From the IMG/VR virus record IMGVR_UViG_3300031998_000032, positions 44,042 through 108,041 of that record: a stretch of 64,000 bases of DNA, one strand, 5' to 3'. Positions 37,088-47,045 of this stretch are shown piece by piece; positions within the stretch are counted from its first letter, which is position 1; each line of letters starts with the position of its first letter. The notes below the pieces were generated by a model. That model was not told the DNA's origin and made no database searches. It was given only the letters and a program-made list of their open reading frames with translations. The position numbers were made by a program, and so were the translations under genes. The DNA comes from a virus (taxonomy: Duplodnaviria > Heunggongvirae > Uroviricota > Caudoviricetes).

Positions 37088-37453
37088 TTAGATTACACTC
37101 TGATATTGAATCAATTGGAAATAGTCCTTCGGCAGTTCTACTCCTTTTCCTCTCAATGCGTGTCCGATGTCGTCGAGGATGTAAAGACTGTAACGTCCGG
37201 CGCAGTAGTTCACGAACAATTTTTCGTGCTTGCCGTAGTTCTTGAAACCAAGCTCTTGAAGCATCTCGGAATAGTAGATGTACTTGTTGCCTACACAGCC
37301 AGGAGTCTGCTCAACGACGTAGGAGACGAGAGAGAATACCGCCTTCCCATTCTTTGACGCAGAATCAATGATGATAAGCAAAGTGTGCTCACGTAAAGCT
37401 TGGAAGAATTCATCCACATACACACGGAAATAATTATCACTCAAATGTCTCAT
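37088..37453 (-). CDS. small hypothetical protein (121 aa)
   Basis: ORF plus degenerate box. Confidence 0.4.
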   Translation of the reverse strand: MRHLSDNYFRVYVDEFFQALREHTLLIIIDSASKNGKAVFSLVSYVVEQTPGCVGNKYIYYSEMLQELGFKNYGKHEKLFVNYCAGRYSLYILDDIGHALRGKGVELPKDYFQLIQYQSVI

Positions 37454-37464
37454 AGCCGTAGGAT

Positions 37465-37641
37465 TTAGATGATTGCATTTTCTCTGAACTCACGCACCAG
37501 GCCGTAACGTTTAGCCAGCTTGGTGAATTTCTCGCCCGCATCAGCCAACTCCCCATAGGAGAGGTTTTTCTGCGATGCTTCATACTGCCAGTCAATTGCT
37601 TTCTGACGTGCAGCATCTTTTCTTCTTTCGTAGTTTGTCAT
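37465..37641 (-). CDS. small hypothetical protein (~58 aa, below the ORF-track cutoff; MTNYERRKDAARQKAIDWQYEAS...)
   Basis: My own translation. Preceded by 'cataatcgtaatgttttgagtttagtgtga'. Coordinates +-2. Confidence 0.3.
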   Translation of the reverse strand: MTNYERRKDAARQKAIDWQYEASQKNLSYGELADAGEKFTKLAKRYGLVREFRENAII

Positions 37642-37706
37642 AATCGTAATGTTTTGAGTTTAGTGTGATTTTGTGCAGTCGGGAGTAATCAAACTCCCAA
37701 GAGCAT

Positions 37707-37886
37707 TTAATTCCCGTCGTCGATGCTTGTGACGACTGAACCAACCCACGTTTCTTTGCGGATGTAATAATACGGCTCTTTCTCAATCAGTCTTATGGCC
37801 TCTTTTTCAGCCTCTTTCTCGTTATTAGCATCTACTTCAATACTTACATCCACAGTTACGTCTACTGATACGTTGTACTTTGTCAT
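37707..37886 (-). CDS. small hypothetical protein (59 aa)
   Basis: Start at M10 ('MFHTQKFRIM' artifact). Confidence 0.4.
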   Translation of the reverse strand: MTKYNVSVDVTVDVSIEVDANNEKEAEKEAIRLIEKEPYYYIRKETWVGSVVTSIDDGN

Positions 37887-37952
37887 AATTCTGAATTTTT
37901 GGGTGTGAAACATTTGGCGCCACTCGCAGACGCGAATCCGCGAGCGACAAAT

Positions 37953-38204
37953 TCAGAGTTTCCAGAAGATTTCCTCGACATCTCCGACCTTATCAAGCCA
38001 CCAACCTTCGGGGAGATCGTTATCTGCTCCGTATTCTTCCATAAGGTCGTTGATTTGGTCTGCTATTCTCTCTCCGGTCTGAGTATGAGTCAAAGGGCAG
38101 CGCCAACGATCCATATCGTTCAATGCAACTTGCTCCTCTGCTTCAGTCCACGTCTTGTTGTCGCGGACGTACTGCAATGCTTTTTCAAAATGTGATTCTG
38201 CCAT
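37953..38204 (-). CDS. small acidic hypothetical protein (83 aa)
   Basis: ORF plus box. Confidence 0.45.
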   Translation of the reverse strand: MAESHFEKALQYVRDNKTWTEAEEQVALNDMDRWRCPLTHTQTGERIADQINDLMEEYGADNDLPEGWWLDKVGDVEEIFWKL

Positions 38205-38265
38205 AATAATTTGAGTTTAAGTGAAACATATTTGCGGAAAAGAGGGATATGAATCCCTCAAATCC

Positions 38266-38775
38266 TTAAAGGCTGTCGACGTATTCAAGCACTCTCTTCT
38301 CAAAGCTGTCAAATTCCTTGAAAAACCTATCGCATTTGTTAAAGAAATCCCACTCGGCATTTTTTCGAGTCCTTGTTCCGATTATGACGTCAAGTGGATT
38401 TTTCATAATCTTACCATAGCGGTTTATCTCTATGTCGTGTCCGTCACAACCACCACCCTCTATGCCTATCCTATCCGGTAAGCAGACTCGTCCGTCGTGG
38501 ACTTCACGAATAAAACCAATTTTATGATATATTCCCTCTGTCCAAAACTCTTCACGTTGAAATCCGGCAACCCAAGGGACTATTCTTCCGAGGGGTAATT
38601 GATTTTTAATCAACTCTTGTGCAAGATTAATGAGAATAGCAATCCTCGGAGCATAACCTTGGATGCGGTCGGTGTACATCTGTATTTTTGCTTGAACGGC
38701 ATCCATTTCTTTTTGCAACTCTTGGTTACGTTTTTCCGCAGCCTTTCTGATTCTGTCAATTCTTGATTCTTCCAT
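38266..38775 (-). CDS. hypothetical protein (169 aa)
   Basis: Start at M9 ('MSHLKITIM' artifact). Confidence 0.45.
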   Translation of the reverse strand: MEESRIDRIRKAAEKRNQELQKEMDAVQAKIQMYTDRIQGYAPRIAILINLAQELIKNQLPLGRIVPWVAGFQREEFWTEGIYHKIGFIREVHDGRVCLPDRIGIEGGGCDGHDIEINRYGKIMKNPLDVIIGTRTRKNAEWDFFNKCDRFFKEFDSFEKRVLEYVDSL

Positions 38776-38842
38776 AATAGTAATTTTTAAGTGAGACATA
38801 ATTTGCGCATCATCTGCGATTGCTCAAAGATGATGCAGAGAA

Positions 38843-39133
38843 TTAAAGTCTGTAAGTAGTTCTTGCACGATAGCGAAATCCTCCATAGTTTTCGTAAATA
38901 TGAAAACCCTGCTCTCTCATAACTCGGTTTATTTCCTCGTGATAACATTCACCGGCCATAAAATCAAATACTTGAGAATTTGCTTTTGGCAGTACATCAT
39001 CCAACCACCATCCGCATACGATTTCTAATCCTTGTCCATTCTTACATTTTTGGGCGCAATTCTCAACGATTTCAAGAACCAGTTCCTCAATACTCTTATT
39101 CTTGAGGTTCTTGTACTTTTCTGCGATAATCAT
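38843..39133 (-). CDS. small hypothetical protein (96 aa)
   Basis: ORF plus box 'ttttaaatgtgaaacaat'. Confidence 0.45.
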   Translation of the reverse strand: MIIAEKYKNLKNKSIEELVLEIVENCAQKCKNGQGLEIVCGWWLDDVLPKANSQVFDFMAGECYHEEINRVMREQGFHIYENYGGFRYRARTTYRL

Positions 39134-39205
39134 AATTTTGTTGGTTTTAAATGTGAAACAATAAGTTTTCGTGCATCACCGCGGATTGCTCCGCAGTGAC
39201 ACCAT

Positions 39206-39445
39206 TCAAGCAATCTTGCCTTCAATCTTGAAATAATCATTAAGAAGTCGCTCTATCTGCCAATATTTTGAGCAAAGGGCAATGGCGGTCTGAAATTGTT
39301 TCTTGATCCAATCGTCCTTGAAAGCCTCGCGGAGTTTACCGATAGGGCCGGAGTATTCAATTCCTCCGTTCCATTCGGTTACTATCTTCTCGTCATTGAT
39401 GTAGATTTCGTCCAGGTCGGGCGCGATTTTGATTGTTGTTGCCAT
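39206..39445 (-). CDS. small hypothetical protein (79 aa)
   Basis: ORF plus box 'tttacaggtgaaacat'. Confidence 0.45.
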   Translation of the reverse strand: MATTIKIAPDLDEIYINDEKIVTEWNGGIEYSGPIGKLREAFKDDWIKKQFQTAIALCSKYWQIERLLNDYFKIEGKIA

Positions 39446-39505
39446 AATGTTGAAATTTACAGGTGAAACATTTTGTTATCAAAGGCGGATTGCTCCGCCA
39501 ATGAT

Positions 39506-39901
39506 TTACTCGTCGACCTCGAAGTAGAATGAAACTTGGAGAATTTCATTTTGTTCGTTAAATTCTACTCGCAGTCCAGGATTATCAGGGTTCATCCACT
39601 CGGAGAAGATTTTCCTATAGTATGCGTAAACATCTTTACGCATATCATTGAAATTTTCTGTCGGTGGAACTGCTACGACTTGAATGTTTATGCAAGAATC
39701 GCCATAGAGCCATTCTACCGCCACTATCGCATCTATGTAAGAATTATCGTTTTTACAACGAATTGTACCAACCAAATTTCTTCTTCGTCTTGTTGTGCGA
39801 TGATACTTTGTTGCGTAAAAATCCATAAACACCTCGTCCTCGAACGGATCTTCCAAAAGATTTTTGTTGTCGATAGGAGCCGGAATTAATTTTGTAGCCA
39901 T
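39506..39901 (-). CDS. hypothetical protein (131 aa)
   Basis: Start at the Met after the box ('MSNLNQRIM' artifact). Confidence 0.45.
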   Translation of the reverse strand: MATKLIPAPIDNKNLLEDPFEDEVFMDFYATKYHRTTRRRRNLVGTIRCKNDNSYIDAIVAVEWLYGDSCINIQVVAVPPTENFNDMRKDVYAYYRKIFSEWMNPDNPGLRVEFNEQNEILQVSFYFEVDE

Positions 39902-39959
39902 AATTCTTTGATTTAAGTTAGACATTTGCGGATAATGGGAACTCTCGCTCCCAAAATCC

Positions 39960-40196
39960 TTACGCATAGATATACGAGAGTAGGTAATATCCTACCTTTT
40001 GGTTAATACTTTCTTCGCTCCGTAGGAGGAATTGTAGCATAAAAACTCTCTCACTCTTGCGTAATCTGAGAAAATCTTTGGCAATCTGCTTTTTATTTCC
40101 GCAGTCATACCAATACGCCCAAACATCAGCAAGGCCGAATTGGTCTTTTTCTTCGCAATCGTTTGCTTTTGCTAAACCTTTAATCGTATAAGCCAT
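39960..40196 (-). CDS. small hypothetical protein (78 aa)
   Basis: Start at M9 ('MFHLNSTIM' artifact). Confidence 0.4.
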   Translation of the reverse strand: MAYTIKGLAKANDCEEKDQFGLADVWAYWYDCGNKKQIAKDFLRLRKSERVFMLQFLLRSEESINQKVGYYLLSYIYA

Positions 40197-40256
40197 AATC
40201 GTAGAATTTAAGTGAAACATTTTTGCGGTCAGGGGAGATTTTACTCTCCCAAAACC

Positions 40257-40745
40257 TTAGTACGCCCATTTCGTTCCCGAGAGAGACATCTGCGCATCCA
40301 TATATCTGCGGCAAATCTGTTGGATAATCTTGCTAAGCAGATAGATATCATTTATCAATTGCTCTCTATCCACGATGCTACCCCAAAATTCGTCTTCGTC
40401 GGCAACATCTTTGATGGTGTAGTCCTCGATGTTGTAGAACAGAAACTCCAAAGTGTGAACAAACTGCAAGAGATTGGTGTCGCGTCCGCGAGGAACCGCG
40501 TTCCGAAAATCGATTTCAATCAGAGGGGCGTCAAAATCATGGCGCTCACGATTGTAGGCGACGTCATAGGAAAGATTGTTCCAAATGTAGAGATTGCGGA
40601 AGAAATCTTCTATCGCATCCTCAGCCATGTCTGCAAGAATCGGGCACATAGAACACGCGGTTCCGACTTCTGCGTTCTTGTAGAACTTCTTTGCGTAAAA
40701 AACAGCATCAGCAATCTGCTGATAGGAAATAACCATTACTGACAT
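40257..40745 (-). CDS. hypothetical protein (162 aa)
   Basis: ORF plus box plus hairpin. Confidence 0.45.
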   Translation of the reverse strand: MSVMVISYQQIADAVFYAKKFYKNAEVGTACSMCPILADMAEDAIEDFFRNLYIWNNLSYDVAYNRERHDFDAPLIEIDFRNAVPRGRDTNLLQFVHTLEFLFYNIEDYTIKDVADEDEFWGSIVDREQLINDIYLLSKIIQQICRRYMDAQMSLSGTKWAY

Positions 40746-40807
40746 AATTTTGATTTTTAAGTGTGAAACATTGGCATCCAGGAGGAGATTGCTCTCCTCG
40801 CGGATAA

Positions 40808-41137
40808 TCAGACGGCCGGCATCGCAGGCTCAAATTCAAACTCGCTGCTGCTTATTCCTTCGTCATACAATCTCAGTTCGGGAGCGCAGCACGAATAGAC
40901 GTCCTTACCCTCATAGAAGAAACAAGTTTTCTTTGACATTCCCACGATGATCTTCTTGCGGGCCCATTCCAGATCTCTGCGGTTATAGAAATTACGTCCG
41001 TATTTCCTGCAGATGAAAAGTGTGAGTGCGTAGTATGCGGAGAACTTTCCATCATACGTGCAGATTTCCTCTATATCGCCATTTTCGCGTATCACGTTGA
41101 TGACGTTCAGATTCTTGTTTGTCTTTCTCATAACCAT
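40808..41137 (-). CDS. small hypothetical protein (109 aa)
   Basis: ORF plus degenerate box plus hairpin. Confidence 0.45.
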   Translation of the reverse strand: MVMRKTNKNLNVINVIRENGDIEEICTYDGKFSAYYALTLFICRKYGRNFYNRRDLEWARKKIIVGMSKKTCFFYEGKDVYSCCAPELRLYDEGISSSEFEFEPAMPAV

Positions 41138-41178
41138 TTTGTTTTAAGTGTGTGGACTTCAGGGAGGATTGCTCCTCC

Positions 41179-41412
41179 TCAAAGTCGCGGGTCATTGACG
41201 ATTCTGATTATTTCTTGCTCGAGAGCAAGATAATACTCCAAGCCAGGATTAATTTCCAATCCCTCGCGTCTTGATTTGCGCAGTCTGCGTATCGCTCTCT
41301 CGGTTGCGTTGAATCGTCCGCATACCGGCCATTTCTTAGAATCGTCATTCTTGCGGAAATAAGCATTGATTTGGCGGATGCTCATTTCATTTACGTTCTT
41401 CGGTTCTTCCAT
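41179..41412 (-). CDS. small basic hypothetical protein (77 aa)
   Basis: ORF plus box plus hairpin. Confidence 0.45.
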   Translation of the reverse strand: MEEPKNVNEMSIRQINAYFRKNDDSKKWPVCGRFNATERAIRRLRKSRREGLEINPGLEYYLALEQEIIRIVNDPRL

Positions 41413-41534
41413 AATCTTTGTGTTTTAGTGTGAGTTCTCCGAGAGTGATTGCTCACCCTCAGAGAGAAAGGGAAAATGCCCGCGTTTCGCAACGCAGACA
41501 TCCGAATAACACTTTAAAACGTTATAAAAAACAA

Positions 41535-41984
41535 TTATACGTTTTCAAACTCCGAGGGAGTATATTCATCCATGCCGTCTTCCTCCGCAGAATATATTTT
41601 CTGACATGCGGACATGAAATCCTTTTCGGAGATATCTTCGTTGTAGATGGCGCGGTGGATCATATCCGCGTGGAAGATGTTATGACGCCAGGAAAGATAC
41701 GAATAAATCTTGTCGGATTCCAGAATCTCCTTCGACGATTCGTCTTCCCAATATGTGTCAAAGATGCAGATTAGGAAGTCCTCGCCTTGCGGAGTCTTTC
41801 CTGTAACGTAGGTGTATAGCTGACCCTTCGCCACGTCAAAGCGGTTCACGTTGTTGTTGATTGTCCAACCCGATGTTACGCGGTCGGATATCTCTTTGTC
41901 GTACTGCTCTTTGACGTTGTCGAACTCATGGAAGAATCTATCGTGGACTCTTCCACCGATGTTGATGTGTAGTGTGTAGAACAT
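41535..41984 (-). CDS. hypothetical protein (149 aa)
   Basis: ORF plus box plus hairpin. Confidence 0.45.
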   Translation of the reverse strand: MFYTLHINIGGRVHDRFFHEFDNVKEQYDKEISDRVTSGWTINNNVNRFDVAKGQLYTYVTGKTPQGEDFLICIFDTYWEDESSKEILESDKIYSYLSWRHNIFHADMIHRAIYNEDISEKDFMSACQKIYSAEEDGMDEYTPSEFENV

Positions 41985-42044
41985 AATCTTAAAGTTTTGA
42001 GTTAGTGTGCGAGCGGAAGGATTGCTCTCTCCCGCCAGCTTTTC

Positions 42045-42593
42045 TCAGGCGCTCTGACGTCCGTAGTTCTTCCATCCGTAGACCTTAGACACGAACGGAC
42101 GAATGGATTTCGTCAGCCGGAACAACTGATCCTCGCTCTTGATTTCTCCGCGGTAGATTCTGTCGCAGAGTTCGTCGGCCTTCTCCTCGCTCTCCACCCA
42201 TCGGTAGACGATGCAGTTCGTGCCGTCGTGGTGTGATGCGTTAAGGCGCACGTTGTATCTGTCCGCGTACCATTCCACATCGTCGCCACCGCAGAAATTG
42301 TCAAAGATATCAGCGACGTTCGTGCCGATTTTCTTGTAGGATATAGGACGTCCCCACCATAGGCCGAGAGTCGCGAATCCCAGGATGTAACCTCCGGTCT
42401 CGACGTTGAGATTCATCTTCTCACATTCGAGCGATTCCCAGATGTCCTCGTCTACGATTGTATCCCAGATGTCATAATCCTCGATATTCAAATCATTACA
42501 CTCGCAGATTCCTTCAAGGACTTCCTTGCGGATTTCTTCGTCGCAGCGATCCCAGGAATTGAAGATTCCGAAATAATACTTGTCTTTTTTCAT
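42045..42593 (-). CDS. hypothetical protein (182 aa)
   Basis: Start chosen at the Met ~8 nt after the box ('CFTLKQMVM' artifact). Confidence 0.45.
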   Translation of the reverse strand: MKKDKYYFGIFNSWDRCDEEIRKEVLEGICECNDLNIEDYDIWDTIVDEDIWESLECEKMNLNVETGGYILGFATLGLWWGRPISYKKIGTNVADIFDNFCGGDDVEWYADRYNVRLNASHHDGTNCIVYRWVESEEKADELCDRIYRGEIKSEDQLFRLTKSIRPFVSKVYGWKNYGRQSA

Positions 42594-42661
42594 AACCATT
42601 TGTTTTAAAGTGAAACATTTTCGTACTGCGCGGAAGATTGCTCTTTTGCGCAGATAATCAC

Positions 42662-42862
42662 TCAAAACGGCAGAGTTTCTTCGTCATCGTCATACATAGA
42701 GCCGAAGATTTTCGGATAGTGATACTGCAAATCGTATTGGTCGATAGCATCGTCGAGCATTTCTTCCAATCTGTCATTGCTGAAGAAATTCTGAATGTGA
42801 AGGAGAAATTCCTCGTCACCCAACTTTTCTCTCACTGCGTTCCATTTTTCCCAAGTTTCCAT
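42662..42862 (-). CDS. small acidic hypothetical protein (66 aa; METWEKWNAV...)
   Basis: Start at the Met after the box. The upstream 112 codons of the track ORF run antisense through the neighbouring cassette. Confidence 0.4.
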   Translation of the reverse strand: METWEKWNAVREKLGDEEFLLHIQNFFSNDRLEEMLDDAIDQYDLQYHYPKIFGSMYDDDEETLPF

Positions 42863-42920
42863 AATCGTAAGTTTTAAGTGAAACATTTTGCAAATCTTGG
42901 GAGATTGCTCTCCCAGGATT

Positions 42921-43217
42921 TCAGCGATTCTGAGCATATGCATTTTCGAGCGAACCAAAGGCTCTGACAAGATATTCGCAGTGTCCGTCCACAACTTCCT
43001 TGAAATATTCCGGAGTGTCAAATCTTGACGAATCCATTGTAAACACATCATCTTGCGTATAATTGCAGAAATTTGATTTGGCGCGGATGTATTTGCTGAT
43101 GTGGAAACACATCTTTCCGCCTTTTCTTGCACACCAACCGCGATACACGAAGAATGTATGAAGTTCGCGATCTTTCTCGTAAGAATCGTAGAGTTCAATT
43201 GTTCTGACTTTTTCCAT
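42921..43217 (-). CDS. small hypothetical protein (98 aa)
   Basis: Start at M9 ('MFHLKQNVM' artifact). Confidence 0.45.
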   Translation of the reverse strand: MEKVRTIELYDSYEKDRELHTFFVYRGWCARKGGKMCFHISKYIRAKSNFCNYTQDDVFTMDSSRFDTPEYFKEVVDGHCEYLVRAFGSLENAYAQNR

Positions 43218-43276
43218 AACGTTTTGTTTTAGGTGAAACATAGAATTTCTGCGGATATTCCTACCCGCAGAAACAA

Positions 43277-43660
43277 TCAGTCAAGCAATCCTTCAAAGAT
43301 ACATTTGAGTTCCCAAATTTCCATTTCGTCAAATTCCAAATAAGAATCTTTTAGTTCATGCTCTTTGTGGAACCAAATTGTTCCATCGCCAGGGACTTGA
43401 AACGCGGAGTCAATCCAGTCCATTTCAAGGCAACTCAATCCGACTGCGTGGGGATTTTCCAAGCAAATCTCGCACTTCTTTTGATTCTCTTCACTCGTAT
43501 CCATAAGCAAAGCAGAAATCTTGTGGCGATATTCTTCGCGGATAGCATCTTCCGCATCAAAAAGCCAATCACAATCCTTGCAGTGGAATCTACCAACTCC
43601 GTTGTTACAAGGTTCTAAATTCTCACTACCGCAATACGGACATTCATTTACTTTAATCAT
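43277..43660 (-). CDS. double Zn-ribbon small protein (127 aa; CPYCGS...CKDCD and CEIC)
   Basis: ORF plus box. Confidence 0.45.
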   Translation of the reverse strand: MIKVNECPYCGSENLEPCNNGVGRFHCKDCDWLFDAEDAIREEYRHKISALLMDTSEENQKKCEICLENPHAVGLSCLEMDWIDSAFQVPGDGTIWFHKEHELKDSYLEFDEMEIWELKCIFEGLLD

Positions 43661-43817
43661 AATCTTGAATTTTTAAGGTGAAACATAGCATCCCCAGGAT
43701 TTCTGCAAATCCTTGGGATTTTTCGCGCTGAGAGAATTTTCTCACACCCTCGTGGAAAAATCTACCACTCAGAGGGAGAAAATCGTTTGTGGGGCAAAAA
43801 TCGCGGTAAATTCGCGA

Positions 43818-44117
43818 TTATTCCACCAAACACGGATTGTGAGAATAGCAACTCAGAAGAATTTCGTAGAATCCTTTCCGATAACCAGCTTCGCGACATT
43901 CAAACAAAGCAGATTTGATATAGCACATATAATCCAGCTTGCGGTCTTGCTCGCTGATAAGTTTGTTTGTGCGCCAAGAATCCAAATGAACTTTCTTTGC
44001 GGTTTCAAACCAATCTTTCGCTACTTGCAAATATTGCGTAACTTGCGACGTAACCGGCAGATGCGAATAAATGCCGTTTTTCTCTTCGCAATAGAGATAT
44101 TCAATGCAGTAATACAT
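43818..44117 (-). CDS. small hypothetical protein (99 aa)
   Basis: ORF plus box 'ttttaagtgttagacaat'. Confidence 0.45.
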   Translation of the reverse strand: MYYCIEYLYCEEKNGIYSHLPVTSQVTQYLQVAKDWFETAKKVHLDSWRTNKLISEQDRKLDYMCYIKSALFECREAGYRKGFYEILLSCYSHNPCLVE

Positions 44118-44183
44118 AACGTTTGTTTTAAGTGTTAGACAATTTTCGTACTCTCCGCGGAATCGCTCCCGCAGAGAATAAAT

Positions 44184-44558
44184 TCATTTTACTACCAGAT
44201 ATTCGGGGAGACATTCGGCAATAAGCAGAAGTGTCGGCACAGCCATAGTCATTCCGTCAAATATGTAGAATTTTTCCGGCTCGCTCTCCTCCAGGACGAG
44301 TGATGGCGGAGCAAGGAACTTTCCGCGGAAACACAGGTGTCCGTTTTCCACGAATACTTTCAGGATTTCTATCTCGCGGTACTGCTCGAATCCTTCGTCA
44401 AATGCGATGCCGTAGATAGTATCGCAATCTTCCCGATCCTCGCAATTGATTTCTCCGCCACACAGATTGACAAGGCTGACCAATTCTTTTTCCATTTTCT
44501 TCGCCAGATCATAGCAATCAGCGTTGAGGTTTCTGAGTCTTGTGATGATTTTCTCCAT
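44184..44558 (-). CDS. small hypothetical protein (124 aa)
   Basis: ORF plus box. Confidence 0.45.
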   Translation of the reverse strand: MEKIITRLRNLNADCYDLAKKMEKELVSLVNLCGGEINCEDREDCDTIYGIAFDEGFEQYREIEILKVFVENGHLCFRGKFLAPPSLVLEESEPEKFYIFDGMTMAVPTLLLIAECLPEYLVVK

Positions 44559-44623
44559 AATAAATTTGCTTTAAGTGTGAAACATTCGTACTCCGCAAGA
44601 GATCGCTCGCTTGCGGAATAAAT

Positions 44624-44887
44624 TCAGCATTTGACGTAGAAATGAATGTATTTTCCGCGCTCATTATCGCAGTTGTAATACACCCAAGCATTGCAGATAG
44701 TATCAAACGTTTCTCCGTAGGATGCGCGTGATTTGTTTATATCGCAAGCAAATTGCCAAATATTATCAAAATGCAAATTTGATGATTGCAGATAAATTGT
44801 TTCGCCCTCGTAAAATAATTTGCGAGCCGTTCTCTTTTGAATCTGACGAACACAACATTTCAAATGGGTTGAATAAAATGTTTCCAT
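44624..44887 (-). CDS. small hypothetical protein (87 aa)
   Basis: Start at the Met after the box ('TLKTKKTIM' artifact). Confidence 0.4.
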   Translation of the reverse strand: METFYSTHLKCCVRQIQKRTARKLFYEGETIYLQSSNLHFDNIWQFACDINKSRASYGETFDTICNAWVYYNCDNERGKYIHFYVKC

Positions 44888-44949
44888 AATCGTTTTTTTT
44901 GTTTTAAGTGTTGGCTCCGCGAAGAGTTTTCGTACTCCTCGCAGATAAT

Positions 44950-45393
44950 TCAAGCGATTTCCAGCTCTTCCTCGTAGATCATCTCATTCAGTGTCGTTCC
45001 GAAATTATAGGATAATCCGTAAGTGCCGAACGCGGTGAAGAACCAATCAAGCGCCCAGGTTTGGAATTTATCCAAATCTTTTTCACTGATGGTTTCATCA
45101 TCTATGCTCGCGATGACTGCATCAAAATCGCCCCAGGGTTTTACTTCGCTTTCCACGAATCCAGGATGATTCCAATCATCGCGGATATCGCAGAAATTGC
45201 CGTCCATATGAGTATTTTTCTTATGGACATATCTGCGCATAGAATCCAAAGTTTCTATCGCTGAGAAAGTAGCGCGTTCATCCGCCAGATCGTAGAAATC
45301 CTCGCGGTGCTCGTAGCCGAAATCTTCGATAACTCCTTTGTAGATGCCGAGAATACTCTCGTACACATCGTCAAAATTCAAGAAATCTTTCAT
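44950..45393 (-). CDS. hypothetical acidic protein (147 aa)
   Basis: Start at the Met after the box ('HFKTKQIM' artifact). Confidence 0.45.
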   Translation of the reverse strand: MKDFLNFDDVYESILGIYKGVIEDFGYEHREDFYDLADERATFSAIETLDSMRRYVHKKNTHMDGNFCDIRDDWNHPGFVESEVKPWGDFDAVIASIDDETISEKDLDKFQTWALDWFFTAFGTYGLSYNFGTTLNEMIYEEELEIA

Positions 45394-45449
45394 AATTTGT
45401 TTTGTTTTAAAGTGTGTGCGCATCGGGGAATTATCGTACTCCCCGACAC

Positions 45450-45584
45450 AATTCAATAGGCGAACAACGGCTTGCGCTGATATTCTGCCGGCTGATTGGG
45501 ATTTCTCCAGAAATTCGCTCCCGTAACTTTCGCAGCAATCATATAAACCTTACCGCGTACAATCTTTGTGATTCTTGTTTTCAT
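45450..45584 (-). CDS. very small basic hypothetical protein (~44 aa; MKTRITKIVRGKVYMIAAKVTG...)
   Basis: My own translation. Preceded by box 'tattttaaagtgtgagacaat'. Coordinates +-2. Confidence 0.3.
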
Positions 45585-45652
45585 AATTCTGATATTTTAA
45601 AGTGTGAGACAATATCGTACTGCGGATAGGCTCGCGCCAGATCCGCAATCGC

Positions 45653-45799
45653 TCAGAGATTTCCCAAATACTCCAGGAATCCGCAGAGAAGGATAAACAT
45701 CGTCAGACCGAGAAAAACTACAATCAGACCACCGATGGTGTAATCTTCATCCATTAATCGTATTTTCTTACAAAGGAAATCCAATACAATCTTTTTCAT
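45653..45799 (-). CDS. very small hydrophobic peptide (~48 aa, one TM helix; MKKIVLDFLCKK...IGGLIVVFLGLTMFILLCGFL)
   Basis: My own translation. Preceded by 'cataacatttggttttgagtgtgaat'. Coordinates +-2. Confidence 0.3.
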   Translation of the reverse strand: MKKIVLDFLCKKIRLMDEDYTIGGLIVVFLGLTMFILLCGFLEYLGNL

Positions 45800-46017
45800 A
45801 ACATTTGGTTTTGAGTGTGAATTATCGTACTAAAAAAAAGCGCAGCGGAGAGTATCTCCCAACTCTCCGCCACTACCGGACAAAACCGCCGGTCAGCAGT
45901 TGCTTTTTTAATTTCGGAAGAAGCAACCTGACTCCCATCCGTTGCGGGATTTTTCGTACTGCGGATAATTATCGTACTATCCGCAGTCATTTCTCGTACT
46001 TTGAGGAATTATCGTAC

Positions 46018-46296
46018 TTAATCCTCAATTCTCACGAGGTAGATTTTTTCTCCGTTAACTTCCAGCTCGTAGATTTCATCCGCCAGGTTGCGCAGTTCTT
46101 TCAGTGACAAATCACCGATGCAATCATCCCAAATGTAGAGATAGTCACCAAAAGGCATATCCTTTGGCGGAACTGTTCCAAAGAATCTCTCAAAATCAAA
46201 ATCGGCATCATAAATGATGCGGTCAATTCCGGTCCAATTGAGTCTTTGATAAGCGGATTCGTCAATAATCCATTTCAGTAAATCTTTTGCTTTCAT
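46018..46296 (-). CDS. small acidic hypothetical protein (92 aa)
   Basis: ORF plus box 'ttttaagtgtgtggtttcac'. Confidence 0.45.
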   Translation of the reverse strand: MKAKDLLKWIIDESAYQRLNWTGIDRIIYDADFDFERFFGTVPPKDMPFGDYLYIWDDCIGDLSLKELRNLADEIYELEVNGEKIYLVRIED

Positions 46297-46336
46297 AATC
46301 TTGTTTGTTTTAAGTGTGTGGTTTCACACCGCGGAA

Positions 46337-46615
46337 TCATCCGCGATGAGAATAATAGAAATTCACGCAGTCCGCATAATCCAGGTTATGCTCTGCCAGA
46401 TTCTCCTTTGAGAGTTTGTAGGTTTTCATATACCATTTCAGACGATTGAACCACCGCTCCAACTGATACGAAAACCTTTCGCGCCAATCATCCGAATCCT
46501 TGCGGTGATTTAACGTACTCTCCAGATCCTCGCGACCTACAATCGTGTAAATCGCAATTCTTTCAGCCGGGGATTTCCTGAGGAAATACTCCGGTGTGGA
46601 AATGTTTTCTTTCAT
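46337..46615 (-). CDS. small hypothetical protein (92 aa)
   Basis: Start at the Met after the degenerate box. Confidence 0.4.
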   Translation of the reverse strand: MKENISTPEYFLRKSPAERIAIYTIVGREDLESTLNHRKDSDDWRERFSYQLERWFNRLKWYMKTYKLSKENLAEHNLDYADCVNFYYSHRG

Positions 46616-47045
46616 AATCTTTCGTTTTGAATTTGTTCCGCGTAGAGAATCGGACTCCAGGAAATTATTTTCCGTATCCATACCGCGAAAGGAGAGAGCC
46701 GTATTGCTCCCTCCCGCATCAGAAAAATGTCTCAAAACAAAATTATGGTTTCACTTTTTCCATATTAACTGACCAAACTATCCGTTTACTTCACTCTTTA
46801 TGCCGTAGGAGATTTCTCTCTTTGTAGGATATACACGATTTTCAACCGATAATCTGATTTGTCGCTTGCATCCAGGAATTCACGATTCCCCAGGATTGAG
46901 CGGTCAGCCATTTCGCGATTTTCAAATCAGCAAGTTCCAGGAAAGCGGATATTTTTCAATCCGCCATAATTCCAGATCCGCGCTGATTCTATCATCGTTC
47001 CGCGATGATCGCGCTACATTAAATATGTCAAAGAAACAATTTGTT

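Noticed and set aside
31405-45456. ORF-track N-terminal extensions such as MFHLKLTIM, MSHLKHLIM, MFHTQKFRIM suggesting a shared N-terminal peptide
   Set aside because: They are translations of the conserved upstream DNA box (ATGTTTCACTTAAAAC...ATTATG) read in frame. Their spacing and frame vary between copies, and in other copies the same box is out of frame or closed by a stop. True starts were set at the Met following the box.
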